DNA of 64,000 nt, from positions 2,552 to 66,551 of the forward strand of contig JBBAWZ010000005.1 of the NCBI GenBank assembly GCA_040396875.1. The letters run 5' to 3'. Below, in pieces: positions 58,833-64,000 of this stretch; within the stretch, counting starts at the first letter, position 1; the number at the start of each line of letters is the position of its first letter. Both the position numbers and the translations under genes were made by a program. The DNA is from Bacilli bacterium. GTDB taxonomy: Bacteria > Bacillota_I > Bacilli_A > RFN20 > CAG-826. The notes beneath the pieces are model-generated. The model made no database searches, had not been told where the DNA came from, and saw nothing but the letters and a program-made list of their open reading frames with translations.

Positions 58833-60308
58833 ATGGCCAAACCTCTTCCCCATAACATTGAAGCTGAAAAAATCGTACTAGGTGCAATGATGACAAATTC
58901 ATCGGCGCTTGCGCAATGCATCAACACGGTTACCGTTGATCATTTTTATGGTCAATCAGCGCCTAATCAATTGGTGTATCAAGCGATTCGTAATCTATTT
59001 GATAAGCGTCTTCCTGTTGATATTCAAACTGTCCTTGAAGAATTAGGATTGATGAAAGAATCCGTCAATGCTGGTGGCATTGAATACTTAAAAGAACTCT
59101 TAGAATCTGTGATCTCATTATCGAACCTTGATTTTTATCTCGTTATTTTGCAAGACAACAAACTATTAAGAGACTACTTATCGATGATTGATAAGATTAG
59201 ACAAAACTACGAAACCGAAGAAATTGATGAAATTAATCAATTTTTAGCACGAGCCGAAAACGATTTAAGAACCGTAGCAGAAAGACGACGTATTGATAAG
59301 TTTAAAACTGCTTTCGAAGTATCTCAACGCGTTGAAGCCGAATTAAAAGTTATCCAACGGGCTGATGGACTCACCGGTGTTGATGTTGGATATAAAAAAC
59401 TGAATGACTACACCCACGGTTTACAAAAAGGTGAAATGACCATTATCGCCGCTCGGCCTTCGGTTGGTAAAACCGCTTTTGCCCTTAACTTAGCGTACAA
59501 CGCGGTCAAATTGAACTCAATTTCAGTTGCCGTTTTCTCTTTAGAAATGCCATCTGAACAACTCGTAAGACGATTGATTGCTACCGACGCGACTGTCTCA
59601 CTCGACAATATTCAAACAGGTACACGCTTCTTAAACGCAGCACAAAAGGCCACGGTCGGTCAATCGATTAAGAATATTGGTAACACCAAATTATTTATCG
59701 ATGACACCCCTGGTATCAAACTGATTGATATCCTTGCCAAGTCACGTCAGTTAAAAGCTGCTCATGATGATTTAGGTTTAATCGTTGTCGATTATATTGG
59801 TTTAATTACCACAGGTGAAAAACGTATTGAATCTCGACAAGTGGAAGTCTCCAACATTTCTAGAGCCCTCAAAGAACTTGCGCGCGATCTCAAAGTCCCT
59901 GTGTTAGTGATTTCCCAATTATCTCGACAAGTTGACTCACGAGACGATAAACGTCCCTATCTTTCAGATTTACGTGAATCAGGTGCGATTGAACAAGACG
60001 CGGATATGGTCTTTTTAATGTATCGTCCAGGATATTATAAAAACCTTGGATTTAGTAAGAACGTCACCCAAGATGAAAAGAAACGCTTTAAAGAAGAAAG
60101 AGAAAAGGTTGAAGCATTAACCAAAGAAGTTGGTGAATACGCTGAGCTTGTTGAAATTATTATCGCGAAGAATCGTAATGGTAAAACAGGCATTGTTCCA
60201 CTTCTCTTCTTTAAAAACTTTGGACGTTTTGATAATCCAAGTGAAGATTACGAATCGAGATTAAAACAAATTCGTCAAGAACACGGCGCTCCCGATATCG
60301 AAGAATAA
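58833..60308 (+). CDS. dnaB: Replicative DNA helicase (DnaB family; DnaC in B. subtilis nomenclature)
   Basis: PHNIEAEKIVLGAMM N-terminus, ARPSVGKTAFALNL Walker A, LIVVDYIGL, ISQLSRQV and AKNRNGKTG motifs. Confidence 0.95.
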   Translation: MAKPLPHNIEAEKIVLGAMMTNSSALAQCINTVTVDHFYGQSAPNQLVYQAIRNLFDKRLPVDIQTVLEELGLMKESVNAGGIEYLKELLESVISLSNLDFYLVILQDNKLLRDYLSMIDKIRQNYETEEIDEINQFLARAENDLRTVAERRRIDKFKTAFEVSQRVEAELKVIQRADGLTGVDVGYKKLNDYTHGLQKGEMTIIAARPSVGKTAFALNLAYNAVKLNSISVAVFSLEMPSEQLVRRLIATDATVSLDNIQTGTRFLNAAQKATVGQSIKNIGNTKLFIDDTPGIKLIDILAKSRQLKAAHDDLGLIVVDYIGLITTGEKRIESRQVEVSNISRALKELARDLKVPVLVISQLSRQVDSRDDKRPYLSDLRESGAIEQDADMVFLMYRPGYYKNLGFSKNVTQDEKKRFKEEREKVEALTKEVGEYAELVEIIIAKNRNGKTGIVPLLFFKNFGRFDNPSEDYESRLKQIRQEHGAPDIEE

Positions 60309-61051
60309 TGAAATTTTATATCCTTGCCTCAGGCTCCAAAGGCAATGCAACCTTAGTGGAGAGCCGTGGTTATCTTTTACTCATTGATGCAGGTTTAACC
60401 AAGACTAGACTCAAGGAAACCTTCGCAAAAACGCCATATCTCATGGAACAAGTACAAACGGTTTTGTTCACCCACGAACATAGTGATCACGCGATGGGTA
60501 AGGATTTTTTTCCTGAAGAGATTCGCTATGCCTCAAAAGGAACTATGCCTGTTTTACATGGTAAAGAACTCACCCCATACGAACCCTTTTATTTTCAACA
60601 TATCAAAGTGATACCGTTAGCGATTTCTCACGATGCTCGAAATCCATTAGGGTTTGTCATTGAAGATGGAGAATCTTCTTTGGTTTATATGACGGATACT
60701 GGTTACATATCTGAAAAGAATATTGAACTGATGAAAAATAAACATCACTATATTCTTGAATCTAATCACAACGTGAAGATGTTATTACAAACCAATCGTA
60801 GCCAAGATCTAAAGGTAAGAATCCTTGGCGATAGCGGCCACCTATCAAACGAAGATAGTGCGATGTTTTTCTCTGAAATGATCGGTGAGAATACAAAATC
60901 AGTATACTTAGCCCACATCAGTGAAGAAGCGAACACCCCAGAACTTGCCTTAGAAACGTATCAAAAGGTATTAAGAAAACGTCGTTTACTCACAACAAAA
61001 TTTAAAATAGAATTAACCCAACAATACGATGTCGTTGTTGGCGGCGACTAA
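60308..61051 (+). CDS. MBL-fold metallo-hydrolase (YycJ/WalJ-like)
   Basis: FTHEHSDH (HxHxDH) motif and an ASGSKGNATLVE N-terminus. Confidence 0.8.
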   Translation: MKFYILASGSKGNATLVESRGYLLLIDAGLTKTRLKETFAKTPYLMEQVQTVLFTHEHSDHAMGKDFFPEEIRYASKGTMPVLHGKELTPYEPFYFQHIKVIPLAISHDARNPLGFVIEDGESSLVYMTDTGYISEKNIELMKNKHHYILESNHNVKMLLQTNRSQDLKVRILGDSGHLSNEDSAMFFSEMIGENTKSVYLAHISEEANTPELALETYQKVLRKRRLLTTKFKIELTQQYDVVVGGD

Positions 61052-61055
61052 TCCC

Positions 61056-61532
61056 ATGTTCAAGATTAAATTAATTGCGGTGGGCTTTATCAAACACACA
61101 TACCTAAATTTAGGTATCGAAGAATACAAAAAACGCCTTTTACCATTGGTTGAATTATCGATTCATGACATTCCTGAAACACCCATTAAAACTGATCGTG
61201 AGGAAGACATCACAAAAGCATTACATGCGGATGGTTTAAAAATTAAAAATTTAATCCCAAATAATGCCTATATCGTTCTATTGGATATCCAAGGTCAAAA
61301 ACTCTCGAGTGAAGTAATGGCAAAAAGAATTGAAACACTCCAATTAAAGACAAGTCAGCTGGTCATGGTGATTGGTGGATCTCACGGGATTGATCAATCC
61401 ATTCGTAACATTGCAAATGAAAAATGGAGTTTCTCTCAGTTAACTTTTCCACATCAATTATTTCGTTTAATGCTTTTAGAACAACTTTATCGAAGTATGA
61501 CCATTTTAAAAGGTCATCCGTATCACAAATAA
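61056..61532 (+). CDS. rlmH: 23S rRNA (pseudouridine1915-N3)-methyltransferase RlmH (SPOUT)
   Basis: MFKIKLIAVG start, the IGGSHGI motif and a C-terminal LTFPHQLFRLMLLEQLYR...GHPYHK. Confidence 0.9.
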   Translation: MFKIKLIAVGFIKHTYLNLGIEEYKKRLLPLVELSIHDIPETPIKTDREEDITKALHADGLKIKNLIPNNAYIVLLDIQGQKLSSEVMAKRIETLQLKTSQLVMVIGGSHGIDQSIRNIANEKWSFSQLTFPHQLFRLMLLEQLYRSMTILKGHPYHK

Positions 61533-62333
61533 TTAATCGATTAAACCGAAGTGTTTCATCGCCTTTGCCCAACCATCTTCATCAACGGTTTTGGTAACAT
61601 AATCTGCAACTTTTTTTACTTCTTCTTTTCCATTACCCATGGCTACTGAAATCCCTGCAAACTCTAACATTTCCATATCATTAGGAGCGTCACCTAACGC
61701 CATGACGTTTTCTGGTTTCCATCCATAGTGTTCTAACACGGCAAGAATTCCTTTGGCCTTATCAGAATCGATTGGCATAATGTCAACTGCAAAAGTGTCC
61801 CATCTTGCGGATTTACACAACTTAAGGTGGGGTAAAAATAAACTTTCATCGACTTCGTCACAGAAGGCAATCGCTTGATAAATCTTACGATCATAATGGT
61901 CGGGAAAGGTTCGAGGTTGAGGGAAGCGAGTGCCGTATTTTTCGTGGGCTTGAATCACTCGTTCATCGACATAATTGATATGACCACCATTTTCTTCCAC
62001 TAATGTAAGACCAAATTTTAAACGTTTAGAAAACTTAATTAAGGCATCAACTTCAGATTCTGGAAGTGGATAACGGTGAATAATTCTTCCATCAATGATG
62101 GCGTTTGCCCCATTCATCGTGATCAAACCATCTGGTTTAATGGAATCTAAAATCCCTAGTTTGTGAATAAGATAACGATTTCGACTCGAGGCCAAAAACA
62201 CTTTAATGCCCTTTGCTTGTAGGGATTGGATTGCTTTAATAGCGGAAACAGGCATCACTTTTGTTTGATGAGAAAATAAGGTGCCATCGATATCGGTGAC
62301 AACAATCTTGATTGTGTCTTTTGCTTGCTTCAT
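61533..62333 (-). CDS. Cof-type HAD-IIB family hydrolase (sugar-phosphatase-like)
   Basis: VVTDIDGTL motif I, the ASSR segment, and GDAPNDMEML motif IV. Confidence 0.88.
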   Translation of the reverse strand: MKQAKDTIKIVVTDIDGTLFSHQTKVMPVSAIKAIQSLQAKGIKVFLASSRNRYLIHKLGILDSIKPDGLITMNGANAIIDGRIIHRYPLPESEVDALIKFSKRLKFGLTLVEENGGHINYVDERVIQAHEKYGTRFPQPRTFPDHYDRKIYQAIAFCDEVDESLFLPHLKLCKSARWDTFAVDIMPIDSDKAKGILAVLEHYGWKPENVMALGDAPNDMEMLEFAGISVAMGNGKEEVKKVADYVTKTVDEDGWAKAMKHFGLID

Positions 62334-62404
62334 AGATTACTTTCATAGTAAGTCATTCTATGAGAATAGTCAAAACGCCATTTAAATCGTGTAAAATATT
62401 ATCG

Positions 62405-63259
62405 ATGAATGGCTTGATGATTTATCGTCATATTCCCGGTAGGGCTGAACAATCCACACAACTTGGTTTGTTAATTGATGCTTTTGCAAAATTTAAACTT
62501 AAACTCATCGCCGTCCCTTCCACAGACTTAAATCGATTGATTGAGACCACTAACAAAGGTTTTTTTAAATTTGCGGTGTTGTTAGATAGCGACCCTCAAA
62601 TCGCTAAATTCTTAGAAACAGACCAACAAATGAAAGTCTTTAATGATAGTAGCGCCATCAACTTATCGATGGACCGGGCTTTACTTTCCATTACCTTAAG
62701 AAATGCATTGATTCCAAGTCCGGCAACGATTGCTTTACCTTACTCGGTCAATGTAAATTTGATGCAATCGATTCAAGAAGTGAAAGAGATGATGAACGAT
62801 ATTCACTATCCAGTGTTAGTTAAGAATCGATATCCACAATTGAATGAAAAGATCTATTTTGTTCGTGATGAAAAAGAATTAGTCAAAGTATTAGAACCAA
62901 TCGGCATGCAACCCCTTATTGTTCAAGCGTATGTACCTCCGCAAGACCGACAACTCTTTAAAATTCTTGTGATGGGCAAACGTGTGATTACCGGTGTTGA
63001 AGTTGTTTTGCTAAACGGGAAAGAATACTTAAAGCAAATCGAAACACCTCAAGATATCAAAAAAATAGCGATTAAAACCGCCAAAGCAACCGGAACCTCT
63101 TTTGCCTTAATCTCTATCTTTTACTTAAATAAAAAAAATCCTTATGTCTATTCAGTTAAAACCAATCCCAATATAGTAGAATTACAAGTAGCTACGGGCA
63201 TGTATCTTAGTGGATACCTTGCCAAATATATTTATTCAAAAACCAAAACAATCAAATAA
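62405..63259 (+). CDS. ATP-grasp-like (RimK-like) protein with degenerate catalytic motifs
   Basis: YPVLVKNRY, LIVQAYVP, FKILVMGKRVITGVEV and SVKTNPN follow the ATP-grasp order of motifs. The glycine-rich loop is missing and Lys replaces the Glu of E-x-N. Start taken at MNGLMIYRH. Confidence 0.5.
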   Translation: MNGLMIYRHIPGRAEQSTQLGLLIDAFAKFKLKLIAVPSTDLNRLIETTNKGFFKFAVLLDSDPQIAKFLETDQQMKVFNDSSAINLSMDRALLSITLRNALIPSPATIALPYSVNVNLMQSIQEVKEMMNDIHYPVLVKNRYPQLNEKIYFVRDEKELVKVLEPIGMQPLIVQAYVPPQDRQLFKILVMGKRVITGVEVVLLNGKEYLKQIETPQDIKKIAIKTAKATGTSFALISIFYLNKKNPYVYSVKTNPNIVELQVATGMYLSGYLAKYIYSKTKTIK

Positions 63260-63269
63260 GGGTGATCAT

Positions 63270-64000
63270 ATGAACATTACTGTCTTCGGACTTGGTTATG
63301 TAGGGCTAACAAATGCGGCTTATTTAGCACAGTTCCATTCCGTATGGGGATTTGATAAAGATATCTCCAAAATTAATGACTTAAAAAACCAACTTGATTA
63401 TTTAAATGAACCCGGTGTATTTCAGTTATTAAAAAAACATAGCAAAAACCTCAGTTATATCGAAGAACCTTCACAAGCCCTCAAGCAATCCGATGTTGTT
63501 TTGTTAGCGGTTCCTACACCTGAAGGTGAAAAGGGTGAACTCGATTTATCGGCAATTGAAGATGCTTTTTCTCACGTGATTGAAAGTGGTAAAAAAGGCA
63601 TCATGGTTTTGGTTCGCTCCACTGTGTTACCTGGAACTTTTGAAACATTAACGAAACTGGCGTTAGAAAAAAACAGAAAAGATATCCAAATTGTGATCAT
63701 GCCTGAATTTTTATCTCAAGGTGAAGCCTTAAAAAATATCTCATCACCAAGTAGGGTAATTGTGGGCACTAACCAAGTAGGATTTGAAAAAAAACTGAGA
63801 GCAGTGTTTAACTATCCCACGAAAGTCCCGTATTTGATAACCGATCCAAACACAGCAGCATTAACGAAGTATGCAGCCAATATATTCTTAGCGACCAAAG
63901 TTTCCTTTATTAACGAAATGTCACAAATCGCAGAAGCTGTTGGCGCTGATATCCAAGATGTCGTCAAAGGGATTGGTTACGATCCTCGTATCGGAAATCA
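63270..64000 (+). CDS. UDP-glucose/GDP-mannose dehydrogenase family protein (N-terminal part; runs off the right edge)
   Basis: My own translation is MNITVFGLGYVGLTNAAYLA (GxGxxG)...VRSTVLPGT...MPEFLSQGEA...TKYAANIFLATKVSFINEM...GIGYDPRIG. The frame is open to the window end. Confidence 0.88.
   Translation, partial: MNITVFGLGYVGLTNAAYLAQFHSVWGFDKDISKINDLKNQLDYLNEPGVFQLLKKHSKNLSYIEEPSQALKQSDVVLLAVPTPEGEKGELDLSAIEDAFSHVIESGKKGIMVLVRSTVLPGTFETLTKLALEKNRKDIQIVIMPEFLSQGEALKNISSPSRVIVGTNQVGFEKKLRAVFNYPTKVPYLITDPNTAALTKYAANIFLATKVSFINEMSQIAEAVGADIQDVVKGIGYDPRIGN

Overview
AT-rich (roughly high-30s %GC by eye) chromosomal origin region of a low-GC Bacillota or Acholeplasma-like Mollicutes-related bacterium. 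It uses the standard code: TGA acts as a stop in ATGA stop/start overlaps at rnpA/yidC and in the 34.8-38.1 kb operon. dnaA-dnaN-yaaA-recF-gyrB-gyrA-serS-tadA lie on the minus strand and diverge from rpmH-rnpA-yidC-jag-mnmE-tatD-rnmV-rsmA-glmU on the plus strand. DnaA-box clusters sit on both sides of dnaA, giving a bipartite oriC at about 22.9 and 24.4-24.5 kb. Further right come pth-mfd-S4-tilS-ftsH-lysS, rpsF-ssb-rpsR, gdpP-rplI-dnaB, an MBL hydrolase and rlmH, in an order that matches Bacillus subtilis as far as I recall it. Several less ordinary segments interrupt this housekeeping backbone. (1) An orphan two-gene membrane module at 1.2-4.6 kb. (2) A GC-elevated, ORF-free 340-nt spacer at 8.1-8.45 kb with promoter and terminator signals for a minus-strand RNA. 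(3) A four-gene envelope cluster at 11.2-14.0 kb that includes an M50-like protein lacking the first zinc His. (4) A block at 32-43.4 kb with ppdK, a coupled sugar kinase/nucleosidase/NPP-phosphodiesterase operon, an ABC exporter pair, rsuA and DUF368. (5) A two-gene insert at 53.5-56.05 kb (PD-(D/E)xK nuclease-like plus TMEM43-like) bracketed by two diverged copies of an ~85-nt terminator-containing repeat. (6) A strongly structured leader at 56.1-56.3 kb with two tandem terminators directly upstream of gdpP-rplI-dnaB. I saw no rRNA, tRNA, CRISPR array, transposase or integrase. All family calls come from motif recognition by eye, not database searches.
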